64,000 bases of DNA from Vicinamibacterales bacterium (GCA_039925145.1 JBDSZL010000018.1:441-64440), one strand, 5' to 3'; shown: positions 1 to 10,539, counted from the first letter of the stretch. Translations and numbers: made by a program. Notes: generated from the letters alone by a model not told the origin.

Positions 1-384
1 TGCATTCGCGAACGCCAGCATGTACACCAGCGTGTCGGTCTTGTTGACCGGCTGCCACAAGCCGATCACCGTGAACCCGTGTTTCTTGAAGAACCCCAGG
101 GTGTAGTCGCGGAAGCGCTTGTGGAGCAGATCGAGCGAGCCTGGTCCTTCGGGTTGAACGACATAGGTGCGGATCTCGAAACAGCGCGAGTCCTTCGCGG
201 CGCTCGCCAGCGGTCCCGCAGGATTCGTGTTTGGCCCACATGTCGGTGGAGTCGGCGTCGCGCCGCGGCCGGCCGTGGCAGGTGCCGCAGGCGCTGGCCC
301 ACCCGCAGGCGTCTGGGCGGTGGCCACTCCGGCCAGGACAGAAACGGCGGTTCCAAACGCGATCGCGGTCGGCACTCGTGTCAT
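1..384 (-). CDS. NIPSNAP family protein, secreted; 3' end runs off the window
   Basis: Own translation from ATG at 384: signal peptide MTRVPTAIAFGTAVSVLAGVATAQ, then FEIRTYVVQPEGPGSLDLLHKRFRDYTLGFFKKHGFTVIGLWQP..LVYMLAF (NIPSNAP pattern). The frame is open to position 1, so it is absent from the ORF track. Confidence 0.6.
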   Translation of the reverse strand, partial: MTRVPTAIAFGTAVSVLAGVATAQTPAGGPAPAAPATAGRGATPTPPTCGPNTNPAGPLASAAKDSRCFEIRTYVVQPEGPGSLDLLHKRFRDYTLGFFKKHGFTVIGLWQPVNKTDTLVYMLAFANA

Positions 385-658
385 GACGGCTCCTGTCATC
401 CGCGCAAGGCTTGCGGTGCGCAGAGTTTATAGATGCGGCGCCTTCGGTGCAATCTCGCGGGGCGGACCTCCCCGAACGCCCCGCTGTCATTCGGCCCAGC
501 CGCCTGAGGTGTGCGGCAAATTCCGTCGATTGGATCGGGCCGCTGCCAGCGTAGAATGCGTCCACTCGCGGACCGGCGACATGTATGGAGCGCCGAAGCA
601 ACGCTTGTTCAGACCGCGCGTCGAAGCACGTGCCGATCCCGGCATCAGGAGAACTCAC

Positions 659-1993
659 ATGTGCACCGATTCGCCCGGCGGCAACGCTCACGCCGACGTT
701 CGCTTCCGTGGTCTCCGCGGCGTCGTTCTCGCGCTGGCGGTTCCCGTGATGTGCGGTGCGGCCTTCCAAGGCGAGATGCGCTTTGCGATGGTGACCGTCG
801 ACGAGGGGGCGGCTGAATCGGCCGCGGTGGCCGACTTCAACAACGACGGAAAACTCGACATCGTGTCAGCCGAGAGTTGGTATGAGGCGCCGCTCTGGAC
901 GAAGAAGCCGATTCGCACGATTCCGGTCAGCAGCGGCTACGTCGATTCGTTCAGCGATCTTCCACTCGACGTCGACGGCGACGGCTTCACCGACCTCATT
1001 CAGATCGGTTACTTCGCGCGCCGCATCGTGTGGATGAAAAATCCCGGGATGAGCGGTGGGGCGTGGACAGAGCATCTCATCGACGCAGTCGGCCCCACCG
1101 AGTTTGCCTTTCTCGTCGATCTCGACAACGACGGAAAGGCCGACGACCTGCTGCCGCAATTCACAGGGGCTGCCCAAGCGCCATTGACGTGGTACGACCT
1201 TCAGCGTGGTGAGTGGGTGAAACACGTGGTCAGCACGCGGAGCTACGGTCACGGTATCGGTGCGGGCGACATCAACGGTGACAAGCGCAATGACATCCTG
1301 ACGCCGCAAGGCTGGCTGGAAGCGCCTGCCGATCCGCGCGCACCCGGTGACTGGACCTTTCATGCGACCGACTGGCAGCAGCGCGCGATTCCTGCGCCAG
1401 CGCCCACCACCGCATCGCTCACCATTCCGCCGGCTGTGTCGGTTCCTCCAGCCCCAGCTCCGACACCTCCGCCCCCTTCTTCGACACCAGGCACGGCCCC
1501 TACCGGCCCCCCTCCCCGCGGCGCTGAATGGGGATTCATGTACGTGCTCGACATCAACGGCGACGGACGCAAGGACGTCCTGACGACAGCCGCGCACAGC
1601 TATGGAGTGTGTTGGTTCGAACAACGGTCAAACGGCGAGTGGCAGCAACACGTGATCGACAACTCGTGGTCGCACTCGCACGCATCCGTGCTCGTCGACG
1701 TCAACGGCGACGGCCGCCCCGACCTGGTCACCGGGAAGCGATTCCAGTCGCGTAACGCACCGGCTCCAGGGGACAGCGACCCGCTCGGACTTTATTGGTA
1801 CGAATTCAAGCCGGCCCCGAACAACTCGGTGACGTGGACGCGCCACACAATCGACTACGGCAGCAAGGCCGGCGGCGGCCTTCAGATGGCCGTGCGGGAC
1901 ATCGATGGCGACGGCGACATGGACGTCGTGAGCGGCGGTAAGTCTGGGCTGTTTCTGGCGCGCAACATGACCAACTCGGCCGCTTCTCGGTAA
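659..1993 (+). CDS. FG-GAP/VCBS repeat-containing secreted protein
   Basis: Repeated FG-GAP blades (DFNNDGKLDIV, DVDGDGFTDL, DLDNDGKADD, DINGDKRNDIL, DINGDGRKDV, DVNGDGRPDL, DIDGDGDMDV). Start moved to ATG 659, ahead of a hydrophobic signal-like segment. The 5' part of the 608-aa ORF looks non-coding. Confidence 0.75.
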   Translation: MCTDSPGGNAHADVRFRGLRGVVLALAVPVMCGAAFQGEMRFAMVTVDEGAAESAAVADFNNDGKLDIVSAESWYEAPLWTKKPIRTIPVSSGYVDSFSDLPLDVDGDGFTDLIQIGYFARRIVWMKNPGMSGGAWTEHLIDAVGPTEFAFLVDLDNDGKADDLLPQFTGAAQAPLTWYDLQRGEWVKHVVSTRSYGHGIGAGDINGDKRNDILTPQGWLEAPADPRAPGDWTFHATDWQQRAIPAPAPTTASLTIPPAVSVPPAPAPTPPPPSSTPGTAPTGPPPRGAEWGFMYVLDINGDGRKDVLTTAAHSYGVCWFEQRSNGEWQQHVIDNSWSHSHASVLVDVNGDGRPDLVTGKRFQSRNAPAPGDSDPLGLYWYEFKPAPNNSVTWTRHTIDYGSKAGGGLQMAVRDIDGDGDMDVVSGGKSGLFLARNMTNSAASR

Positions 1994-2106
1994 CAGAGTT
2001 GCCGTTTCAGTCGACGCCGACCGATAATCGCTGGCATCGCCACGGTCGTCAGTGAAAAGGTGCACCCTCGAGCGCCCCGGCACTTTGTTTCCACGCTTCT
2101 GAGGAG

Positions 2107-3453
2107 TTGGACATGGTCAAACGTTCTCTGCCCGTTCTTGTCGTGCTGGCCGGTGTGCTGGCCGCGACCTCATTCTTGGGCGCGCAGCAGCCCGTGCCAC
2201 AGACTCCGCCTGCCGCGCCAGCGGCGGCCGGGCCACCTGCCCCCGGCGGGCGCGGAGGTGGACGCGGTGGCGCACCGGTGAAATCGCCAGAGATTGCGGC
2301 CGATGGTCGAGTTACGTTCCGACTGCGCGCGCCGAACGCGAAGGAAGTGCTCGCGGTCATCGGTGGCAATCGCCTGCCCATGGTCAAGGACGAACAGGGC
2401 GTCTGGAGTGTGACCTCCGATCCGCTCAAGCCCGACTACTACACGTACTCCCTGTCGGTGGACGGAACGACGATCAACGATCCGAGCAATCGTCAGGCCC
2501 AGACGTCGTTCGGCAACTTCCAGTCGATGTTCGTCGTCGCCGGACCTCAGCCGTGGCTCCCGACGCCTGGCGTCCCACGCGGCGTGGTCGCAAAGCACAC
2601 GTTCCATTCAGCGGTCGCCAACGATGACCGCGAGTTCTACGTGTATACCCCGCCGGGCTACGAAGCCAAGCGCGCGCGGCCGTATCCCATCCTGTATCTG
2701 CTGCACGGGCTGGGCGACGATGCCGAGCGATGGATGAACTTCGGCGGCGCGCCGTACATCTTCGACAACCTCATTGCGGCCGGCAAAGCGGTACCGATGG
2801 TGGTGGTCACGACGCTCGGCTACGGCGTGGGCAACGGTCCGGCCGGAGCCATGGCGGCCGAGAACATCACGGGTTACACCAAGAGCTTGCTGACCGAAGT
2901 GATGCCCACGGTCGAGCGGGCGTACAACGTCAGCCGCGAGCGCGAGACGCGAGCCATCGCGGGCCTGTCGATGGGCGGAGCGGAAACGCTGTACACCGGC
3001 CTGAACAATCTGGATAAGTTCGCCTGGATGGCGTCGTTCAGTGGCGCGTTCGTGATGTGGCCCAACGACAACCGGGCCCCTCGCGGTGACGGCGCGGGCG
3101 CGCGTGCGGGCGCGGCACCAGCCGCAGGTCGCGGAGACGGGGCAGCGGCGGGACCCGGCGCGGCAGCGGGGGGTCGCGGTGGCCGTGGCGGCGGACAAGC
3201 GCTCGATGTCAGCGTGTTCGAGAAGAACTTCCCGACCCTGAGCGCCAAGGACAACTCGCGCATCCGGATGCTCTGGATCACCGTCGGCACGGCAGATGGG
3301 CTCCTCGGTGTCAACCGTCAGTTCAAGGAGTGGTTGAAGACGAAGAACGTCCGGTTCACCGAGTTGGAGGTCGAAGACATGGCCCACGTCTGGCCCCTCT
3401 GGCGCGATAACCTCACGACGTTCGCGCAGCAGGTCTTCCAGCCCGCGCGCTGA
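2107..3453 (+). CDS. Secreted esterase (esterase D / enterochelin-esterase-like alpha/beta hydrolase) with an N-terminal E-set-like domain
   Basis: Signal peptide, YLLHGLGDD and nucleophile elbow GLSMGG. Contains a Gly/Ala/Arg low-complexity insert. Confidence 0.75.
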   Translation: MDMVKRSLPVLVVLAGVLAATSFLGAQQPVPQTPPAAPAAAGPPAPGGRGGGRGGAPVKSPEIAADGRVTFRLRAPNAKEVLAVIGGNRLPMVKDEQGVWSVTSDPLKPDYYTYSLSVDGTTINDPSNRQAQTSFGNFQSMFVVAGPQPWLPTPGVPRGVVAKHTFHSAVANDDREFYVYTPPGYEAKRARPYPILYLLHGLGDDAERWMNFGGAPYIFDNLIAAGKAVPMVVVTTLGYGVGNGPAGAMAAENITGYTKSLLTEVMPTVERAYNVSRERETRAIAGLSMGGAETLYTGLNNLDKFAWMASFSGAFVMWPNDNRAPRGDGAGARAGAAPAAGRGDGAAAGPGAAAGGRGGRGGGQALDVSVFEKNFPTLSAKDNSRIRMLWITVGTADGLLGVNRQFKEWLKTKNVRFTELEVEDMAHVWPLWRDNLTTFAQQVFQPAR

Positions 3454-3904
3454 CTTCTGGGCCGTCGCGACGGCCGAGCTCGCTGGCACGACACAATCTA
3501 ACGAAGGAGCCGGTGACCATCTCCGTGTTATCGCGGTCGGCAAGCCCGTCGGCGGCCATCCTGCAAAAGAGACCGGCCACCACGGTGGTCACCGGGATCG
3601 GTGAGCCGACGTCACGCGCCAGGTTCTCGATCAAATCGAGATCCTTCACCATCAGTGCCGCACGACCGGTGTTCGAGAACTCCGACCCCACCATCTTCGG
3701 AAACATCTCCTGCAGCTGGCGCGAGTCCGCACGCCCGCCAGCCAGCGCCGCCAGAATCTGTGCGGCGTCAATCCCCAGCCGCTCGGCGAAGGCGCAGGCC
3801 TCGGCGAGCACGGCCACTCCGTGGACCGGCTCCGAGCTAACAGTCTTGTGACCCGCGATGTATCTGGTTAATACTAAATACAAGCCCGCGAGAAGCAGTC
3901 CCAA
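3413..3904 (-). pseudogene. C-terminal fragment of a 3-hydroxyisobutyrate/6-phosphogluconate dehydrogenase-family (HIBADH-like) gene
   Basis: Only the C-terminal all-alpha domain is present (AGHKTV..VLAEACAFAERLGIDAAQILAAL..MVKDLDLIENLARDVGSPIPV). The N-terminal Rossmann half would lie where the plus-strand VWA gene now starts. Confidence 0.5.
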
Positions 3905-5616
3905 TGCAAACAGTTTCCCCTGCTGGGTGGCGGTTTATCGGCTCCATCAGCCGCGCTTCAGCGCTCGGCGTGCTCATCTGCTTAGCGCCGTCTCCAGAGG
4001 TGGCGCTCTCCGCACAGAATCAGCGTCCCGAATTCCGCGCCGGCACGACGCTGGTACCCATCGAGGTGCGGGTGGTAGACCGCAACGGACAGCCGGTGAC
4101 CGACTTGCGTGCATCCGAGTTCACCATCCTCGAAGACGGCGTGCCACAGCGCATCGAACACTTCGCCGCTGAGCAGCTGCAGGCGGCTCAGAGCACGGTC
4201 GTTGAATCCCAGCCGCACCGGGCAGCCAGCGCATTTGAGCCAGCGTCGGTGAATCGAAGGACCTTCCTGCTTCTTCTCGGCAGGGGCAGCCTCGAAGAGC
4301 CCTCGCGGGGAGTGGACGCCTTGATGCACCTGGTGCGGGAGCGCCTGCTGCCACAGGACCTGGTCGCTGTGATGGTCTGGAACCGCGCGACCGATTTCAC
4401 CACCGACCACGATGCTATTCTCGGCATCCTGGAGCGGTTTGCACATAACCACGTTGCAATCGAGCACGCGTGGAATGTCAGCGCCGCAAAGGCATACGGG
4501 CAGCCTGTACCCGCCTGGATTGTCCGAATGATGGACGACGTGTTTGGCCCGACGGGTACCCTGGGCGTCAGGACGATGGATGTCCGGGACTTGGTTCGCG
4601 CCGGTCGTGAGGCACGTGCCCAAGGCGTCGAGGAGAAGGGCGCTGAGGCGCTTTCGCTTCTCGGTGACGGTAAGGGGGCCGAGATGACCGGTCTCGGTGA
4701 TGACCTCGGCTCTCTCGTTCTGGCCGTCGAGTACCTGCGCCGCGTGGCTGGTGAGAAGCAGCTCATTTTCGTATCCGAGCATGGAGCCACTTTCGAGCGC
4801 TACGAAGACGATCGGGGCCTGGCTCGTCGCGCGGCTGATGCCCGGGTTGCGCTGAACGTCATTCATGCGGGAGGGGTGGCCTATTCAACCGGAAACGGCC
4901 GGACACAGCTGAACGCTGCTGGCAACATATCCGCGAACCTGTTCACAGCGCGGACCGCACGGGACCTTGCGAAGTTGACCGGAGGCCAATTTCATGCGCA
5001 TGAGTTTTCCCGCTCGGCAGAAGATATTGACCGCATCGATGCAGCCACGCGGTTCCATTACGCGTTGGGCTACTACCCGCTGAAGGACCCGGTAGACGGG
5101 CACTACCGACGAATTCAGGTTCGAGTCAGCCGACCGGGCGTGACGGTCCTCGCCCGCGACGGCTATTTCGCCCGCGCCGATATCGGCGTCGGGGAGGTCA
5201 GGCAAACCCTTTCCTTCAACCGCATCGCCACAGCGGCGGAACGGATGGGCACGATACCCACGATCGGCATCACCTCGATTACCGCAGGACCAGCTCCGCA
5301 GCGGGGGAATAGCATCTCTGTAAGCATGACGCTTGACCTCTCGCGTGTGTCATTCAGGAAGGAGGACGGCTTGAACGTAGGGTCTTTGGACCTCGCGATC
5401 TTTGCTGTGACCGACCGGCAGAAGCCAGCGGGGGAGATGTGGCAGACGCTGGACCTCCGCTACACCGACGAGCGGCTCGCGGCCATTCGAGCTGCGGGCC
5501 TCCGACATACCGCGACGGTACCGCTCACCGGTCCGGCTCGGGAGGTGAAAATTGTGGTCTACGACTACCCCACGGATGAGGTTGGCTCAGCCGTCGCGAA
5601 AGTAGAGCGGCATTGA
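3904..5616 (+). CDS. VWA domain protein with VWFA-related Acidobacterial domain
   Basis: N-terminal FRAGTTLVPIEVRVVDRNGQPVTDLRASEFTILEDGVPQRIEHF is the signature opening of this Acidobacterial family. VWA-like core follows. Confidence 0.7.
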   Translation: MQTVSPAGWRFIGSISRASALGVLICLAPSPEVALSAQNQRPEFRAGTTLVPIEVRVVDRNGQPVTDLRASEFTILEDGVPQRIEHFAAEQLQAAQSTVVESQPHRAASAFEPASVNRRTFLLLLGRGSLEEPSRGVDALMHLVRERLLPQDLVAVMVWNRATDFTTDHDAILGILERFAHNHVAIEHAWNVSAAKAYGQPVPAWIVRMMDDVFGPTGTLGVRTMDVRDLVRAGREARAQGVEEKGAEALSLLGDGKGAEMTGLGDDLGSLVLAVEYLRRVAGEKQLIFVSEHGATFERYEDDRGLARRAADARVALNVIHAGGVAYSTGNGRTQLNAAGNISANLFTARTARDLAKLTGGQFHAHEFSRSAEDIDRIDAATRFHYALGYYPLKDPVDGHYRRIQVRVSRPGVTVLARDGYFARADIGVGEVRQTLSFNRIATAAERMGTIPTIGITSITAGPAPQRGNSISVSMTLDLSRVSFRKEDGLNVGSLDLAIFAVTDRQKPAGEMWQTLDLRYTDERLAAIRAAGLRHTATVPLTGPAREVKIVVYDYPTDEVGSAVAKVERH

Positions 5617-5702
5617 AAGGTGTCCGACGTCTGCGCGCTGTTCAGCTGTTCTGACGAGACCCGCGTCGCGCGTCGGCGTGTCGAGCCGATTGGGCCCAAC
5701 TG

Positions 5703-6159
5703 ATGCCTGATGACCCGCAGCTCGACGCGAGTGGTGGCTTCACGAGGCTACTCCGAGCGCATCCCTTCAGCGCCATCGCCGTTTCCATAGGAACGGTCAT
5801 CGCCACCGTGGGCGCCTTGGACAGCGCACTCTTCCTGTTCCGGGCTTTTCTTTGCCACCGTTGAATTCGGAGCCGGTGCCTCGCGGGCGGTGCTCCGCGT
5901 GACTGCCGGCCGCGCCCTTGGCAGGAATCAGCCGCTCACACTTGCGAGTTATGAATCGGGCGCACAAGTGCCCATCGTCTTCCTCCCGCGGGATCCGCGC
6001 CGGGCCCGGCGCGATGAGTTCTGGGACCTCTGGGCTGTGGCCATGATAGGAGTGTCGTGCATCGTCCTCGGACCGATTTTCGAGTTGCTGCCCGACCGGG
6101 GGTGGTGGCAGGCGGATCCCAGCGCACAGATGATCACCTTGTTCGGGAAGCGTGAGTAG
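5703..6159 (+). pseudogene. Possible frameshifted DUF3592-like small membrane protein
   Basis: ATG 5703 ORF (53 aa, TM segment FSAIAVSIGTVIATVGAL) stops at 5864. The 5890..6159 ORF in another frame carries the DUF3592-like tail (GAQVPIVFLPRDPRRA..WDLWAVAMIGVSCIVLG). Together they match the expected size. Confidence 0.3.
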
Positions 6160-6238
6160 GCTGCGCTCGGCCTCCGGCTACGATCGTCGCTGCGCAATCA
6201 GAACCGCATGGATGTGCCGTGTAAAAAAGGAAGTGGGT

Positions 6239-6769
<531 letters not shown>

Positions 6770-6883
6770 TCTCGCGACTCGCTGGATCCCGTTGCGACAC
6801 TCCTGACGGACAGGGGCTCTTGCCGGTCGACATTTTCGTCACCCCAGTTTGACAGGCTCCAGTGTGCTGTTTTCTACTCCGGC

Positions 6884-8356
6884 ATGGCTCTGTCGTCGCT
6901 TCGCGACCCCACCGCCTCCCCCCTCTTCAACGACTATCCGCTCGGCGGTTCGTACGATGAGATGTTCGACGCCGATGGACGACCGCGTCCGTCCTACGAT
7001 CCGCTCTTCGCGCGGCTGCAGCACCTGCCGATCGAAGACCTTCGACGACGGCAGCGCGATGCCGATTCGGCGTTCCTGCAGCAGGGCATCACGTTCACGG
7101 TCTACGGCGACGAGGGCGGCACCGAGCGCGTGTTTCCGTACGACCTGGTGCCCCGCATCCTGACCGGTGTCGAGTGGGCGCACATCAGCCGGGGCCTCGA
7201 GCAGCGTCTCATGGCCCTGAACCTGTTCCTGCGTGATATCTACGGCGACGGACGCATTCTCGCCGAAGGGATTGTGCCACGTCGCCTGGTGCTGACCGCA
7301 CGGCACTACCGGCCGGAGATGGGCGGCCTCTACACGCGGCGCGACGTGCGGATCTCGATCGCGGGCATCGACCTGGTGCGGCTGCCCGACGGCACCTTCG
7401 CGGTGCTCGAGGACAACGTCCGGGTGCCGAGCGGCGTCTCGTACATGCTGACGAACCGGCAGGTGACGAAGCGCGTCTTTCCGCAGCTGTTCACCGACTA
7501 CAACGTGCAGTCGATCGATCACTATCCGGAAACGCTCCTCGCCATGCTTCGCTCCCTCGCACCGGGGCGCCAGACCGACCCGGTCATCGTCGTGCTGACG
7601 CCGGGCGTATTCAACTCCGCGTATTTCGAGCACGCGTTTCTGGCGCGGCAGATGGGCGTCGAACTGGTCGAAGGGCGCGATCTGCTCGTCCACGACAACG
7701 TCGTCTACATGCGCACGACGGGCGGGCTGCGCCGCGTCGACGTCATCTACCGGCGGATCGACGACGACTTCATCGATCCGCTCGCATTCAGGGCAAGCTC
7801 GGCGCTCGGCGTGCCCGGGCTGTTCAACGCATATCGCGCAGGGCAGGTGGCGCTCGCCAACGCGATCGGCACGGGCGTGGCCGATGACAAGGCGGTATAT
7901 GCGTACATGCCCGCGATCATCCGGTTCTACATGTCCGAGGAACCGATTCTCCCAAACGTCGATACCTACCTCCTCTCGAACGACGGGGATCGCTCGTACG
8001 CGCTCGAGCATCTCGATGAGCTGGTGGTGAAAGCCGTCGGCGAGTCTGGCGGCTACGGCATGTTGATTGGCCCGCACAGCACGGCTGCGGAGCGTGATGA
8101 GTTCCGCCGCCGCATCATCGACAACCCGCGCAATTACGTCGCACAGCCCACGCTGGCCCTGTCGACGGCTCCGAGCTTCCTCGGCTCTGGCATCGAGCCG
8201 AGACATGTGGACCTGCGGCCCTACGTGCTCTGTGACGGGGAGCGCTGCACCGTCGTACCGGGAGGCCTGACGCGCGTCGCGCTGCGCCGCGGCTCTCTCG
8301 TCGTCAACTCGTCGCAGGGCGGCGGCAGCAAAGACACCTGGGTGCTCTCGGAGTAG
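6884..8356 (+). CDS. Circularly permuted type-2 ATP-grasp protein
   Basis: Full-length match by eye to the CP-ATP-grasp_2 family. First gene of the conserved ATP-grasp/alpha-E/transglutaminase triad. Confidence 0.8.
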   Translation: MALSSLRDPTASPLFNDYPLGGSYDEMFDADGRPRPSYDPLFARLQHLPIEDLRRRQRDADSAFLQQGITFTVYGDEGGTERVFPYDLVPRILTGVEWAHISRGLEQRLMALNLFLRDIYGDGRILAEGIVPRRLVLTARHYRPEMGGLYTRRDVRISIAGIDLVRLPDGTFAVLEDNVRVPSGVSYMLTNRQVTKRVFPQLFTDYNVQSIDHYPETLLAMLRSLAPGRQTDPVIVVLTPGVFNSAYFEHAFLARQMGVELVEGRDLLVHDNVVYMRTTGGLRRVDVIYRRIDDDFIDPLAFRASSALGVPGLFNAYRAGQVALANAIGTGVADDKAVYAYMPAIIRFYMSEEPILPNVDTYLLSNDGDRSYALEHLDELVVKAVGESGGYGMLIGPHSTAAERDEFRRRIIDNPRNYVAQPTLALSTAPSFLGSGIEPRHVDLRPYVLCDGERCTVVPGGLTRVALRRGSLVVNSSQGGGSKDTWVLSE

Positions 8357-8358
8357 CC

Positions 8359-9291
8359 ATGTTGTCACGCGTGGCCGACTGCTTCTACTGGATGAGCCGC
8401 TACATCGAGCGGGCCGAGCAATCGGCCCGCGTGCTCGACGTGCAGATGAGCCTGACGCTCGACGACCCGAGTGCGACAGTCGCCGGCTTGCTGTTGTCGG
8501 GCATCGCCCCGCCACCGGCAGGCTTCGCGTCCGCGCTCATGCCGACGGCGCAGGGGCTCGAGCGGATCGATCCGCGTCACTATGCCGCTGTCGCGGGCTG
8601 CGTGGCGGCGGCCCGGGACAACGCGCGGCAGATTCGCGAGCAAATCAGCGCAGAGATGTGGGAGCAGCTGAACACGATGTATCTCGACATCTCGAGGTCT
8701 GGCCGGCGTGATGCCTCGGAGTTCACGAGCGATATCATTCGCGACGCCTATCTCTTCCATGGCGTGACCGAGGCGACGCTCAGCCACGGCGAGGCCTGGC
8801 ACTACGTGCAGCTCGGCCGATCGCTCGAGCGTGCGGCGTCCACGGCTGCGATGCTCCAGGTGTATTTCACCGCCCGGCCTGCCGGAGAGGACGCCGATGC
8901 TGGCTCGTACGTCGAACGCGTGGGCCTGCTCCGCGCGCACGCCGCGTTCGAGGCTTACTGCCGCTGCTACACGGCGGAGCTCCGACCGGAACGGCTGGCC
9001 GAGTTCCTGCTGCTCAACGCCGAGTTGCCGCAATCCGTCCGTTTCGCCGCTGACCGTATCGAGGAGTCGCTTCGCGCCGTCGCTCGCTCGCTCAGCCGGC
9101 GCCCCGATGGCCAGCCCGACCGGCTCGCCGGCAAACTTCGCTCGGCACTCAACTACGGCACCATCGACGAGATCATCGAAGACGATCTCCTGGAGTACCT
9201 CGCGAGCATTCAGAAGCAGTGCCGTCAGATTCACAGCGCGATCTACCAGACGTACATCGCCTATCCCATTGAGACCGCCATCGCCCGCTGA
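8359..9291 (+). CDS. Alpha-E domain-containing protein
   Basis: MLSRVADCFYWMSRYIERAEQSARVLDV is the typical alpha-E opening. Lies 2 nt after the ATP-grasp stop. Confidence 0.8.
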   Translation: MLSRVADCFYWMSRYIERAEQSARVLDVQMSLTLDDPSATVAGLLLSGIAPPPAGFASALMPTAQGLERIDPRHYAAVAGCVAAARDNARQIREQISAEMWEQLNTMYLDISRSGRRDASEFTSDIIRDAYLFHGVTEATLSHGEAWHYVQLGRSLERAASTAAMLQVYFTARPAGEDADAGSYVERVGLLRAHAAFEAYCRCYTAELRPERLAEFLLLNAELPQSVRFAADRIEESLRAVARSLSRRPDGQPDRLAGKLRSALNYGTIDEIIEDDLLEYLASIQKQCRQIHSAIYQTYIAYPIETAIAR

Positions 9292-9340
9292 GCGTGGCCC
9301 GTGGTGGAGAGACCGCCCGCACGTCGTAGGAGGACCTTCG

Positions 9341-10303
9341 ATGCACTACACCGTACGACACCTGACACGGTTCGTTTACACGTCGCCCGTGTGTGAGAGC
9401 GTCATGGAGCTGCGCATGCAGCCGCTCGACGTCGACCGCCAGCGCTGCCTGAATTTCTCGGTCAACGTGTCGCAGCGTGCGCGCGTCTTCGCGTACCGCG
9501 ATTACCGCGGGAATGCGGTGCACTACTTCGACATTCCAGGCCAGCACAGCCGGCTCGACGTGTCGGTCGAGTCGTCGGTGGACATCGCCCTGCCTCCGGT
9601 GCTGCCGGCCGCGCTGCCGATGGACGCCTGGGACGAGGTCGACGCGGTCGCCGCCTCCGACGATCAACTGGCCTGGCTCGCATCGGGGCCTTTCACGGCG
9701 CCGACGCTAGAGCTCGCCGCCTTCGCGGCCGTCATTGGGCTCGATCGCTCTCTCGATCCGCTGACGACGCTGCGCACCCTGACGTCGACCATCTACGCGC
9801 AGTTCGCCTACATGCAGCAGACCACGCAGGTCGACTCGCAGATCGACGACGCGTTGCGGGCGCGGGCCGGCGTGTGTCAGGACTTCTCGCACATCATGCT
9901 GGCGCTGGTGCGGGGACTCGGCATTCCCAGCCGGTATGTGAGCGGCTATATCGCGCCGCAGGAACATCCCACCGACCGTGCGGCGGACAACGCGACGCAC
10001 GCCTGGATGGAGGCACTGCTGCCGTCGATCGGCTGGGTGGGCTTCGACCCGACAAATGACACGATCGTCGGTGACGGGCACATTGCAGTCGCCATCGGGC
10101 GCGACTACAGCGACGTGCCGCCGACGCGAGGCGTGTTCAAGGGCGCCGCCGGGAGTGAACTCAGCGTGGCCGTTGCCGTGACGCCCAACGCGCGTGCAGT
10201 CCCGCGGCGCGATCTGTCGCCAAGCGTCAGTTGGATCGTGCCGCCCCCGACACCCGCCGACGAGGACGAGGCGTATCGGCAGCAGCAACAACAACAACAG
10301 TAG
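9341..10303 (+). CDS. Transglutaminase family protein (Bact_transglu_N plus transglutaminase-like core) with a C-terminal polyglutamine tail
   Basis: MHYTVRHLTRFVYTSPV..., core GVCQDFSHIMLALVRGLGIPSRYVSGY..HAWMEA..GWVGFDPTN (Cys/His/Asp). Ends RQQQQQQQ. Start at ATG 9341 behind AGGAGG. Confidence 0.8.
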   Translation: MHYTVRHLTRFVYTSPVCESVMELRMQPLDVDRQRCLNFSVNVSQRARVFAYRDYRGNAVHYFDIPGQHSRLDVSVESSVDIALPPVLPAALPMDAWDEVDAVAASDDQLAWLASGPFTAPTLELAAFAAVIGLDRSLDPLTTLRTLTSTIYAQFAYMQQTTQVDSQIDDALRARAGVCQDFSHIMLALVRGLGIPSRYVSGYIAPQEHPTDRAADNATHAWMEALLPSIGWVGFDPTNDTIVGDGHIAVAIGRDYSDVPPTRGVFKGAAGSELSVAVAVTPNARAVPRRDLSPSVSWIVPPPTPADEDEAYRQQQQQQQ

Positions 10304-10539
10304 GTAGGCCCAACCCACAGCTCGGACGTCAGGCACGATCGGCGCGAGTACGACCGCCGGCAAAATCTCCATTGCTCGCCGGGCCCACGACGCCCCGTCC
10401 GCGCCATGTCTACTTGCTTCCGCACGCCGCTCCACACCCGCGGCGCTCGGGGCGCGATCGCGTTTGAATGGCGCGCCCAATCGAGTGTAGAGTCCACTGT
10501 GTTCGAGGCGACACAATCGACAATCAATTGCGACAGAGG

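Noticed and set aside
6849-6877. TTGACA-N17-TTCTAC promoter-like sequence just upstream of the ATP-grasp ATG
   Set aside because: The -35 is perfect but the -10 is poor, and it would imply a leaderless transcript. The evidence is too weak to annotate.
6839-8515. 558-aa minus-strand ORF, the longest in that region
   Set aside because: It is antisense to the confidently recognised ATP-grasp and alpha-E genes. Its composition is Arg/Ala/Asp-rich and low-complexity, typical of GC-rich shadow ORFs. The same reasoning applies to 866..1624(-), 2608..3543(-), 3982..4866(-), 9707..11019(-), 15516..16474, 17145..17771(+), 18818..20001, 20142..21740(-), 22526..23119(-), 29053..29733(-), 30580..31317(-), 34887..35453(-), 38838..39443(-), 43898..44575(-), 45121..45903(-) and 61052..62002(-).
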